Shown here one piece after another: positions 1 through 13,051 of a stretch of DNA of 31,471 nucleotides (its first letter is position 1; every line of letters begins with the position of its first letter). The DNA is from Gammaproteobacteria bacterium (GTDB lineage Bacteria; Pseudomonadota; Gammaproteobacteria; Cardiobacteriales; Wohlfahrtiimonadaceae): contig BHEQ01000001.1 in the NCBI GenBank assembly GCA_003864535.1, forward strand, positions 1 to 31,471. Reading direction: 5' to 3'. The position numbers and the translations under genes were made by a program. Under the pieces are notes generated by a model. The model saw only the letters and a list, made by a program, of their open reading frames with translations. It searched no databases and was not told where the DNA came from.

Positions 1-1026
1 ATTATTGGTGTTATTTTTATAATTCCAAATTTTTCTTACGCACAAGATAGCCTATGCAATAAAAATGAACAGGTTATTTTTTCGTGCTCTATCAGTAAAA
101 AAATGGTATCAGTTTGTGGGTCTCAAGATTTATCGAAAGAAAAAGGAACTATTTATTATGTTTTTGGAAAGCCTAAGAGCATAGAATTGCGATATCCTGA
201 AAACTTACAAAACTCTAAGGATAAATTTGAGTTTATCAGGACTCATTATAACAATGACTTGTCGTTTAAAGAGATAGGGCTTAGGTTCGTTAATAATAAG
301 ACTCAATACTCACTTTATGTATCTAAACAATATAAGGAAATATATTCTGGGATTCAACTTGAAGGCGAAAATATAAAGGATAATTTTACTACTCTTGGCT
401 GTGATCTAAAAAAGGCTTCGCTATCATTGTTTGAGTCTACATATAAGGATAATTTCCTAAATAACCAAGAAATGAGTGATTTATTATATTCAAATTGGTC
501 TAATGATTTTGTAGCTAATAATCTAAATATTAGTAATGTTGATTTAAAAAATAATAAGATAATTATGTATGATGCTATACCTCTAGATGATAATAAATTT
601 GCTTTAATGCTTATTCTTGAAACAAAAGATCAGGCATCTTTGAGTGGAGAAACGGATAACCGGACTTTACTAATTCTTCAAAAAAATAATGAGAATAAGT
701 GGGATGTTGTAATACGTAATGCTAATATCATTCTTAGTCGCGGCGGAATGAATGATCCATTTGAAAATGTAGTAATTGGAAATAACAATATTTTATTTGG
801 TTTTCAAGGTATTCGGTGGAGTGAATCATATAGATTTAATTATGATGCCAAGTCAGATGAATGGTATTTAGCAAAACTTACTGGAGGAAGTGCTACACAG
901 AATGAAAATGGTGATAACGATGTTGATTCACATAATTATTCTTATCCTGAGCATTTGAAATACGTTCGGCTAAAGGATTTCTATTCTCAGGATTTTTCCT
1001 CAAAAGACCTTGAATATTTAAAATAA
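1..1026 (+). CDS. Exported hypothetical protein, 5'-partial (gene starts upstream of the window)
   Basis: Frame 1 is open from base 1 (IIGVIFIIPNFSYA-QDSLCNKNEQVIFSCSISKKMVSVCGS...), so the Met at 103 is internal. The hydrophobic stretch ending in SYA looks like a signal peptide. Four Cys in the N-terminal half. Confidence 0.7.
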   Translation: MIGVIFIIPNFSYAQDSLCNKNEQVIFSCSISKKMVSVCGSQDLSKEKGTIYYVFGKPKSIELRYPENLQNSKDKFEFIRTHYNNDLSFKEIGLRFVNNKTQYSLYVSKQYKEIYSGIQLEGENIKDNFTTLGCDLKKASLSLFESTYKDNFLNNQEMSDLLYSNWSNDFVANNLNISNVDLKNNKIIMYDAIPLDDNKFALMLILETKDQASLSGETDNRTLLILQKNNENKWDVVIRNANIILSRGGMNDPFENVVIGNNNILFGFQGIRWSESYRFNYDAKSDEWYLAKLTGGSATQNENGDNDVDSHNYSYPEHLKYVRLKDFYSQDFSSKDLEYLK

Positions 1027-1150
1027 GGAAATTTAAGAAAGGGTTGATTTTTTTAGTCGATAATATTTAGCAATAGAATTGCTTAAAGTCACTGATTTGT
1101 TGTATCATTTGTGCCACTTTTTTATAAAAAATCTGTAGTGAGGTATTATT

Positions 1151-2110
1151 TTGGATCAGAATTATTTACCCTTTGAAGCACCTATCAAAGAGCATGATGA
1201 AAAGATAGAAACTCTGCGTAAGCTCTCAGCAGATACAGATATTAATATTGCAGATGAGCTACTTAGGCAAGAAGCAAAAGCTAAAAATTTGATTGATACT
1301 ATTTTTGCTAAGCTTAATCCTTGGCAGATTTCACAAATTGCACGCCATCCTCTGCGTCCGTTTACCTTTGATTATGTTAAATATATGATTGATGATTTCC
1401 AAGAGCTACATGGAGATCGCTCCTATGCTGATGATTATGCTATTGTTGGTGGTTTAGGGCGGCTCGATGGACGTTCGGTCATGATCATTGGGCATCAAAA
1501 AGGACGCGATACTAAAGAAAAAATCAGGCGTAATTTTGGAATGCCGCGTCCTGAAGGCTATCGCAAGGCCTTACGTTTAATGAAAATGGCAGAGCGTTTT
1601 AATATACCGATTCTTACCTTTATTGATACTCCTGGCGCATATCCTGGGATTGGCGCAGAAGAGCGCGGTCAAAGTGAAGCGATTGCGACAAATTTACTTG
1701 AAATGAGCAAGCTTAAAGTTCCTGTTATTTGTACCGTGATAGGCGAAGGTGGCTCAGGTGGTGCTTTAGCTATTGGGGTTGGGGATCGCGTTCTTATGCT
1801 CCAATACGCAACTTATTCGGTAATCTCACCTGAAGGTTGTGCCTCTATTTTATGGAAAAGTGCAGATAAAGCATCAGATGCCGCAGAAGCTATGGGAATT
1901 ACCTCAAATAGAGTAAAGTCCTTAAACTTAATAGATGAGATAATTGTTGAACCTAAAGGCGGAGCGCATCGAAACCATGAAGAGATGGCAGGCTCTCTTA
2001 AGATCGCGCTAATTAAATATTTAGATGAGCTTGAAAGCATAAGCACTGAAGAGCGACTTGAGCTGCGTTACCAACGCCTTATGGGCTTTGGGCAATACAA
2101 AACAACTTAA
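1151..2110 (+). CDS. accA: Acetyl-CoA carboxylase carboxyltransferase alpha subunit
   Basis: TTG start after an AGG-containing RBS. Motifs [77 protein letters not shown]. Confidence 0.98.
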   Translation: MDQNYLPFEAPIKEHDEKIETLRKLSADTDINIADELLRQEAKAKNLIDTIFAKLNPWQISQIARHPLRPFTFDYVKYMIDDFQELHGDRSYADDYAIVGGLGRLDGRSVMIIGHQKGRDTKEKIRRNFGMPRPEGYRKALRLMKMAERFNIPILTFIDTPGAYPGIGAEERGQSEAIATNLLEMSKLKVPVICTVIGEGGSGGALAIGVGDRVLMLQYATYSVISPEGCASILWKSADKASDAAEAMGITSNRVKSLNLIDEIIVEPKGGAHRNHEEMAGSLKIALIKYLDELESISTEERLELRYQRLMGFGQYKTT

Positions 2111-2120
2111 ATATTGCTCT

Positions 2121-2147
2121 AAAATCCTGCTGCTTGTGGGATTTTTT
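2121..2147 (+). terminator. Probable intrinsic terminator after accA
   Basis: AAAATCCTGC-tgctt-GTGGGATTTT stem (with G-U pairs) ending in a T run. Confidence 0.6.
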
Positions 2148-2194
2148 CTAAGCAAATTTTAATGAATTTTATTTCATAAATTTTAATTTTATAA

Positions 2195-3667
<1,473 letters not shown>

Positions 3668-3675
3668 GAGATATA

Positions 3676-4350
3676 ATGAACTCACATGTTCCAATTATAA
3701 CGATTGATGGTGCTAGCGGGGTTGGTAAAGGCACGCTTGCATTTTCTTTAGCTGCAAAACTAGGCTATAAACTTCTAGATTCTGGAGCTATTTATCGCGC
3801 CCTCGCACTTTATGCTATTGATTTAAATATTGATTTAGAAGATAGTGCCAAACTTGCAAAAATTGCGCATAATATCCCATTACGTTTTGAAAAAAATTCA
3901 AAGGGCTTGGATATTTTTCTAGGTGAAAAAAATATAACTGTAAATTTACGTCTTGAGCAAACAGGAACTTTTGCATCAATTCTTGCCAAGCATAATGATG
4001 TACGCCAAGCTTTAATTGCCTTTCAAAAAAACTTTGCAAATGAACCTGGACTGATTGCAGATGGGCGTGATATGGGTACTTGTATCTTTCCTGATGCTAA
4101 AATAAAATTATTTTTACACGCAAGTGCACAAATAAGAGCACAAAGACGCTTTGAGCAGTTGTTAAAACAAGGATTTTCAGCTACTATGCCAAATCTTATT
4201 GATGATATAAATGCACGCGACCACCGTGATCGAACTCGGGCTGTTTCACCCTTAATTGCCGCAGAAGATGCGCTGATTATTGATACATCCAGCCTAGATG
4301 GTGATCAAGTTTTTAAGCTTGCATGGAATTACATCGAAAGTAAAATTTAG
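3676..4350 (+). CDS. cmk: Cytidylate kinase
   Basis: P-loop ITIDGASGVGKGT, LDSGAIYRALA, IADGRDMGT, RDHRDRTRAVSPL. AGGAG RBS overlaps the guaB stop; upstream of rpsA as usual. Confidence 0.97.
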   Translation: MNSHVPIITIDGASGVGKGTLAFSLAAKLGYKLLDSGAIYRALALYAIDLNIDLEDSAKLAKIAHNIPLRFEKNSKGLDIFLGEKNITVNLRLEQTGTFASILAKHNDVRQALIAFQKNFANEPGLIADGRDMGTCIFPDAKIKLFLHASAQIRAQRRFEQLLKQGFSATMPNLIDDINARDHRDRTRAVSPLIAAEDALIIDTSSLDGDQVFKLAWNYIESKI

Positions 4351-4357
4351 TTTTTAG

Positions 4358-4387
4358 TTACATATTTACATATTTACATATTTACAT
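4358..4387. repeat. 8-bp tandem repeat (TTACATAT)x3.75 between cmk and rpsA
   Basis: TTACATAT TTACATAT TTACATAT TTACAT read directly. Confidence 0.9.
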
Positions 4388-4522
4388 CCATCAGGTTGAT
4401 CTTAATTAGCTTGATTTATCTTTAAGCTATTAATGTTAAAATTATTTATTTTAAAGTTACTTGTCTTAAAAATAAGTTATTGATAATTTATATCAATCCT
4501 ACTATTTTATTAACTTAAACCA

Positions 4523-4546
4523 TAATGCAATAATCCTGTTGTATTA
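4523..4546 (+). promoter_or_regulatory. Hairpin in the rpsA leader, possibly part of the S1 autoregulatory structure
   Basis: TAATGCAATA-atcc-TGTTGTATTA stem just upstream of a weak SD. Gammaproteobacterial rpsA leaders are known to be structured; equivalence here is inference. Confidence 0.3.
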
Positions 4547-4563
4547 ATGAGAGTATTTATTAC

Positions 4564-6240
4564 ATGACATTTGAAAGTTTTGCTGCACTCTTTGAAGAAT
4601 CACTTACCAAACAAGATATTAAACAAGGTACCGTTATAGAGGCACTAGTTGTTGGTATTGAAAAAGACGTCGTTATTGTTGACGCAGGTCTTAAAAGTGA
4701 AGGCGTTATTCCTGCGGAACAGTTTAAAAATGAAGCAGGCGAATTAGAAGTTAAAGTTGGCGATAGAGTTGACGTTGTTGTTGAATCTTTAGAAGATGGC
4801 TTTGGCGAAACACGTTTATCACGTGAAAAAGCGAAACGCGCTGCGGTGTGGATTCGTTTAGAAAAAGCAATGGAAGCTAATGAAATCATTAAAGGCTTTA
4901 TTACAGATAAAGTTAAAGGTGGCTTTAAAGTTGATATCGGCGGCATTGGCGCATTCCTACCTGGTTCTTTAGTTGATGTTCGCCCTGTGCGTGATACAAC
5001 TTTCTTAGAAGGTAAGGAATTAGAGCTTAAACTAATTAAATTAGATCAAAAACGCAATAACGTGGTTGTATCACGTAAAGCGGTTGTTGAAACTGAATTC
5101 TCGGCAGATCGTGAAGAGCTTTTAGCTAAACTTCAAGAAGGTGATGTGGTTAAAGGTGTGGTTAAAAACCTTACTGATTACGGCGCATTCTTGGATCTTG
5201 GCGGCATCGATGGTTTGTTACATATTACAGATATGGCTTGGAAGCGTGTCCGTCATCCTTCTGAAGTTGTTGAAGCTAATCAAGAAATTGAAGTTAAAAT
5301 TCTTAAATTTGACCGTGAACGTAATCGCGTTTCATTAGGTCTAAAACAACTTGGTGATGATCCATGGGCTGCATTAGCACAACGTTTCCCATCAGGCACA
5401 CGCACCGATGGTAAAGTTACTAATATCACTGATTATGGTTGCTTTGTTGAAATTGAAACTGGCATTGAAGGTCTTGTGCATGTTTCTGAAATGGATTGGA
5501 CAAATAAAAATGTTAACCCTGCTAAGGTTGTGACTTTAGGTGATGAGGTTGGTGTTGTTATTTTAGAAATTGATGAAGAGCGTCGCCGTATTTCTCTAGG
5601 TATGAAGCAATGTCAAGCTAATCCTTGGGAAGAGTTTGCAACAAACTTTAATAAAAATGATCGTGTTTCTGGAAAAATCAAATCAATCACTGATTTTGGG
5701 ATCTTCATTGGTCTAGATGGCGGTATTGATGGCTTAGTTCATCTATCTGATATTTCTTGGAATGCTACAGGCGAAGAGGCTGTACGCGATTATAAGAAAG
5801 GTCAAGAAGTTGAAGCTATGGTTCTTGCAGTTGATGCAGAACGCGAACGTATCTCTTTGGGTATTAAGCAATTAGATCAAGACCCTTTCTCTAATTTCTT
5901 AGCTGATACTGCTAAGGGCGCGATTGTTAAAGGTAATGTTATTAGTGTAGATGCTAAAGCTGCGGTGATTGATCTTGGCGGCGGTGTTGAAGGCTCTTTA
6001 CGTGCGGCAGATATCTCGCGTGAACGCGTTGAAGATGTACGCAATGTTTACAATGTTGGGGATGAAGTGGAAGCTAAATTCATTAATGTTGATAAAAAGA
6101 ATCGCACTATAGTTCTATCTGTTAAAGCGAAAGATAATCTTGAAGATGAAGTTGTTGCTTCAGATTACACCTCAACGCGTAAAACAGCAGTTGGTGCAAC
6201 TCTTGGTGATTTATTAAAAGAACAAATGAAAAACAGCTAA
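4564..6240 (+). CDS. rpsA: 30S ribosomal protein S1
   Basis: Six S1 domains ([77 protein letters not shown]). Confidence 0.99.
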   Translation: MTFESFAALFEESLTKQDIKQGTVIEALVVGIEKDVVIVDAGLKSEGVIPAEQFKNEAGELEVKVGDRVDVVVESLEDGFGETRLSREKAKRAAVWIRLEKAMEANEIIKGFITDKVKGGFKVDIGGIGAFLPGSLVDVRPVRDTTFLEGKELELKLIKLDQKRNNVVVSRKAVVETEFSADREELLAKLQEGDVVKGVVKNLTDYGAFLDLGGIDGLLHITDMAWKRVRHPSEVVEANQEIEVKILKFDRERNRVSLGLKQLGDDPWAALAQRFPSGTRTDGKVTNITDYGCFVEIETGIEGLVHVSEMDWTNKNVNPAKVVTLGDEVGVVILEIDEERRRISLGMKQCQANPWEEFATNFNKNDRVSGKIKSITDFGIFIGLDGGIDGLVHLSDISWNATGEEAVRDYKKGQEVEAMVLAVDAERERISLGIKQLDQDPFSNFLADTAKGAIVKGNVISVDAKAAVIDLGGGVEGSLRAADISRERVEDVRNVYNVGDEVEAKFINVDKKNRTIVLSVKAKDNLEDEVVASDYTSTRKTAVGATLGDLLKEQMKNS

Positions 6241-6280
6241 TTATCTTGTATAATTCATAAGGTATTAGCATATTATTCAG

Positions 6281-6322
6281 TGTTTAAAATAATTATTACT
6301 TAAATACTAATTATTTTAAACA
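6281..6322. repeat. Perfect 15-bp AT-rich inverted repeat between rpsA and ihfB
   Basis: TGTTTAAAATAATTA (6281-6295) and TAATTATTTTAAACA (6308-6322), 12-nt loop. Confidence 0.8.
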
Positions 6323-6439
6323 TATTTAATAAATTACTTAAATTTTAAGCTACACTTAATAAGCTGTCTTATTTTGATTGATGTTAATTAGTTAAATAAG
6401 CAGGTACGAATAATAACCATTTATAAAAAGGAAAATAAT

Positions 6440-6748
6440 ATGACTAAGTCAGAACTAATAGAAAGACTATCTATAAAATACCCAGTAATTCCACTAAAAG
6501 ATATCGAAGCTTCCGTTAAATTAATGGTTGAACATATGAGCGAAACCTTATCTGAAGGCAAGCGTATTGAAATTCGTGGATTTGGCAGCTTCTCTCTTCA
6601 TTATCGTGCTCCAAGGACAGGTCGCAACCCTAAAACTGGCGATGCAGTTGCATTAAACGGTAAGTATTCTCCGCATTTTAAAGCAGGTAAAGAATTACGT
6701 GAACGCGTAAATGAAAGCCGCAAATCAATTGAATTACGCCCACGTTAA
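6440..6748 (+). CDS. ihfB: Integration host factor beta subunit
   Basis: [51 protein letters not shown]; follows rpsA. Confidence 0.97.
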   Translation: MTKSELIERLSIKYPVIPLKDIEASVKLMVEHMSETLSEGKRIEIRGFGSFSLHYRAPRTGRNPKTGDAVALNGKYSPHFKAGKELRERVNESRKSIELRPR

Positions 6749-6772
6749 TCTATATTTTTAATATTTCTAAAG

Positions 6773-6895
6773 GGGGACTTCTATAAATTAGACTTATCGA
6801 AGCTTGCGATATTATTGAAAAGCGCAGTTTACTTAGGTAAATAAGCATTTTAATAATATCGTGTAACACAGAAAAAGCAATTAATAGATGTGCCC
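6773..6895. repeat. About 123-bp palindromic, MITE-like element
   Basis: Imperfect terminal inverted repeats (GGGGACTTCTATAAATT vs reverse complement GGGCACATCTATTAATT, 14/17) enclose a long internal hairpin at 6808-6860. A solo end-like copy GGCACATCTATAAA lies at 12889-12902. Confidence 0.6.
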
Positions 6896-6896
6896 T

Positions 6897-6934
6897 AAAG
6901 CCTCTCTTATACTATTAGAGAGGCTTTTTATTTT
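6897..6934 (+). terminator. Intrinsic terminator after ihfB
   Basis: AAAGCCTCTCT-tatactatt-AGAGAGGCTTT perfect 11-bp stem followed by TTATTTT. Confidence 0.8.
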
Positions 6935-6967
6935 ATAGAACTACTCGTTACACATTAAATGAGAATT

Positions 6968-8284
6968 ATGTCTAATATCCCTAAAATTGGTTTTATATCA
7001 CTTGGCTGCCCTAAAGCATTAGTTGACTCTGAACATATCCTAACCCAGCTCAAAGCTGAAGGTTATGAGATAAGCCCAGATTATCACACTGCCGACTTAG
7101 TTGTAGTTAACACCTGTGGCTTTATTGACTCTGCGGTTCAAGAAAGCTTAGAAACCATTGGTGAGGCAATTGCTGAGAATGGTAAAGTAATTGTCACAGG
7201 TTGCCTTGGTGCTAGAGCAAATGAGATACTTGCGGTTCATCCTAAAGTATTAGCCATAACAGGTCCTCATGCTTTAGTTGAAGTAATGAGCGCGGTGCAC
7301 AAACATTTACCCAAGCCGCATGATCCATTTATGGATTTAGTTCCAGCTGCTGGAATAAAATTAACGCCAAAACATTATGCTTACCTTAAAATTTCAGAAG
7401 GTTGCAATCATGCTTGCACTTTTTGCATCATCCCATCTATGCGCGGTAAATTAGATTCATATCCTGTGGATCAAGTCCTAGCGCAAGCAAAAAAGTTAGT
7501 CGAATCAGGGGTTAGAGAGCTGCTGGTAGTTGCTCAAGATACCAGTGCTTATGGTGTTGATGTTAAATATAAGATGCAGTTTTGGGAAGGTCGCCCTGTT
7601 AAAACACGCTTAACTGAACTTTGCGAGCAGTTAGCGACACTTGGCATATGGATTCGCCTGCATTATGTTTATCCATATCCGCATGTTGATGAGTTAATTC
7701 CTTTAATGCGTGATGGTAAAATCCTACCTTATTTAGATATTCCTTTACAACATGCATCAATGCGTATTTTAAAGGATATGAAACGCCCCGCAAATGTTGA
7801 AAATATTTTAGCCAGAATTAAAAAATGGCGTGAAATTTGTCCAAATATTGTGTTGCGCTCTACGTTTATTGTCGGTTTCCCAGGCGAAACTGAGGAGGAT
7901 TTTGAGTGTTTACTTGATTTTCTTAAAGAGGCAAAATTAGATCGCGTCGGTGCATTTTGTTATTCACCTGTTACAGGTGCACGCGCCAATGAATTGGCTA
8001 ATCCTATCCCAGAGGAGATCAAGCAGGAGCGTTTAGCTAGGTTCATGGAAACTCAAGCGGCTATTTCTGCAGAAAAATTAAACGCTAAGATCGGGCAAAC
8101 CATGCAAGTATTGGTAGATAGCTATAATGAAGATGGTTTTGCCGTCGCAAGAAGCTGTGCAGATGCGCCAGAGATTGATGGAGTGGTAATTATTGAAGAT
8201 GCTCCAGAAGGATTAATTGGTTTATGGGTTGATGTTAATATTGTAGATACAGATACTTATGATCTATATGAACAAATGGCATAA
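6968..8284 (+). CDS. rimO: Ribosomal protein S12 methylthiotransferase RimO (alternative start 6959)
   Basis: [30 protein letters not shown], radical SAM motif CNHACTFC, C-terminal TRAM domain with APEIDG. Confidence 0.97.
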   Translation: MSNIPKIGFISLGCPKALVDSEHILTQLKAEGYEISPDYHTADLVVVNTCGFIDSAVQESLETIGEAIAENGKVIVTGCLGARANEILAVHPKVLAITGPHALVEVMSAVHKHLPKPHDPFMDLVPAAGIKLTPKHYAYLKISEGCNHACTFCIIPSMRGKLDSYPVDQVLAQAKKLVESGVRELLVVAQDTSAYGVDVKYKMQFWEGRPVKTRLTELCEQLATLGIWIRLHYVYPYPHVDELIPLMRDGKILPYLDIPLQHASMRILKDMKRPANVENILARIKKWREICPNIVLRSTFIVGFPGETEEDFECLLDFLKEAKLDRVGAFCYSPVTGARANELANPIPEEIKQERLARFMETQAAISAEKLNAKIGQTMQVLVDSYNEDGFAVARSCADAPEIDGVVIIEDAPEGLIGLWVDVNIVDTDTYDLYEQMA

Positions 8285-8360
8285 TTTTTATGTAAAATTT
8301 CTTGTGATTATAAGAAAATTGGTTTAATCTTTTCGTCAGTTTTATAATTTTATGATAAAA

Positions 8361-8389
8361 GGATTGTTACTGCGTTAGCAGGCAAAACC
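8361..8389 (+). promoter_or_regulatory. BglG/LicT-family ribonucleic antiterminator (RAT) sequence
   Basis: GGATTGTTACTGCGTTAGCAGGCAAAACC closely matches the E. coli bgl RAT (GGATTGTTACTGCATTCGCAGGCAAAACC). It overlaps the 5' arm of the terminator upstream of bglF. Confidence 0.92.
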
Positions 8390-8434
8390 TAAACAAAGCC
8401 GCACTTAGTGCTGGTTTCTTGTTTGGGTTTTTTT
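8384..8434 (+). terminator. Conditional leader terminator controlled by the RAT
   Basis: AAAACCTAAACAA...TTGTTTGGGTTTT long stem with internal GCAC-tta-GTGC, followed by a T tract. Confidence 0.88.
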
Positions 8435-8465
8435 ATTTTCTAAAAAAAGCTTGGGGGATTTATAA

Positions 8466-10388
<1,923 letters not shown>

Positions 10389-10394
10389 AGCTAT

Positions 10395-11951
<1,557 letters not shown>

Positions 11952-11952
11952 T

Positions 11953-12040
11953 GTAATTACTCAGCAGTTAAAGAAGCCCCTCCCAACCTCCCCTTCTCAA
12001 GGGAGGAGCTGTAAAAGTCCCCCTGCGAAGGGGAGCTTTT
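11953..12040. repeat. Repeat cluster 2: TAAYTRCTCAGCAGYTA palindrome plus two G/C-rich hairpin modules
   Basis: GTAATTACTCAGCAGTTA, CCCCTCCCAACCTCCCCTTCTCAAGGGAGGAGC, AAAAGTCCCCCT-gcga-AGGGGAGCTTTT. Confidence 0.8.
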
Positions 12041-12117
12041 TAAATTTAGCAAACCCAACTTTTTAATCTTAAAAAATGTACCTTGAATATTTTAATAAAT
12101 GTCTTTGGAGTAATCTT

Positions 12118-12885
12118 ATGCAAATCAAAAAAATATCTTCTATTTTAAGTTCAAGTTTCTTAATTGGAATAATCGCTTTAGCAAATACAGCGAGTGCCGA
12201 TACAACTTTATGGATCGTGCGTCACGGCAAAACTATGCTCAATACCACAGATAGAGTCCAAGGATTTGCCGATGCTCCACTTACTCAAGCAGGAATTGAT
12301 GTTGCTAAAAAAACAGCTCTAGGGCTTGAAAAAGTTAGCATGAATAGTGCTTATAGTAGTGATAGTGGGCGCAGTATTGAAACGGCAAATATATTACTCA
12401 CCAAACAAGCACCAACACTTATTCTAAAATTAGATCCGCGTTTACGTGAGTTTAATTTTGGAACATATGAAGGTGATTTAAATGAAACTATGTGGACAGA
12501 TATCGCAAAATCTCAAGGTTTGACTTTGAAAGAATGGTTTGATGCAGGGATATCTGTTCAGAATTTTGCCAATAGCGTAGCTATTTTAGATGCAAAAGTA
12601 AGAGCCAAATCACCAAGTGATAATTGGGCAGCTGAAGATTATACGCAAATCACAGCACGCTTAAAAGCAAGTTTAGAAGAGATTGTAGCGCAATCTGAAG
12701 AGAATGGAGGTGGTAATATACTAATCGTATCGCATGGCTTAAGTATTGCCGCTATGGTTAATATATTTGATACACAAAGTGATTTAAAAGCTGGGAGTAT
12801 TAAAAATGCGAGCGTAACTAAAATATCTTTTAAAGATGGTATTTATAAAGTAGAAGCCGTGAGTGATTTAAGTTTTGCACAGTAA
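12118..12885 (+). CDS. Exported histidine phosphatase (phosphoglycerate mutase-like superfamily)
   Basis: ATG at 12118 has a GGAG RBS. Signal peptide MQIKKISSILSSSFLIGIIALANTASA-D; catalytic RHG, LREFNFGTYEG and SHG motifs. Confidence 0.88.
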   Translation: MQIKKISSILSSSFLIGIIALANTASADTTLWIVRHGKTMLNTTDRVQGFADAPLTQAGIDVAKKTALGLEKVSMNSAYSSDSGRSIETANILLTKQAPTLILKLDPRLREFNFGTYEGDLNETMWTDIAKSQGLTLKEWFDAGISVQNFANSVAILDAKVRAKSPSDNWAAEDYTQITARLKASLEEIVAQSEENGGGNILIVSHGLSIAAMVNIFDTQSDLKAGSIKNASVTKISFKDGIYKVEAVSDLSFAQ

Positions 12886-12917
12886 AATGGCACATCTATA
12901 AAAGTCTAAAATAGGCA

Positions 12918-13017
12918 TAACTACTCAGCAGCTAGAAAAACAACCTCTTCAAACCTCCCCATTCACATGGGTAGGAGCAAGTCCCCCCTGCTAAGGGGGG
13001 ATTTAGGGGGGGAAGGG
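12918..13017. repeat. Repeat cluster 3 directly upstream of hsdR (same module order as cluster 2)
   Basis: TAACTACTCAGCAGCTA, CCTCTTCAAACCTCCCCATTCACATGGGTAGGAGC, AAGTCCCCCCT-gcta-AGGGGGGATTTAGGGGGGG. Confidence 0.8.
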
Positions 13018-13051
13018 TTAGAACAAATACCAATAAAACAGAGTATAAAAC

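Noticed and set aside
8296-8320. Imperfect palindrome TTCTTGTGATTATAAGAA upstream of the bgl leader as a CRP site
   Set aside because: Only one TGTGA half-site matches and the second half does not.
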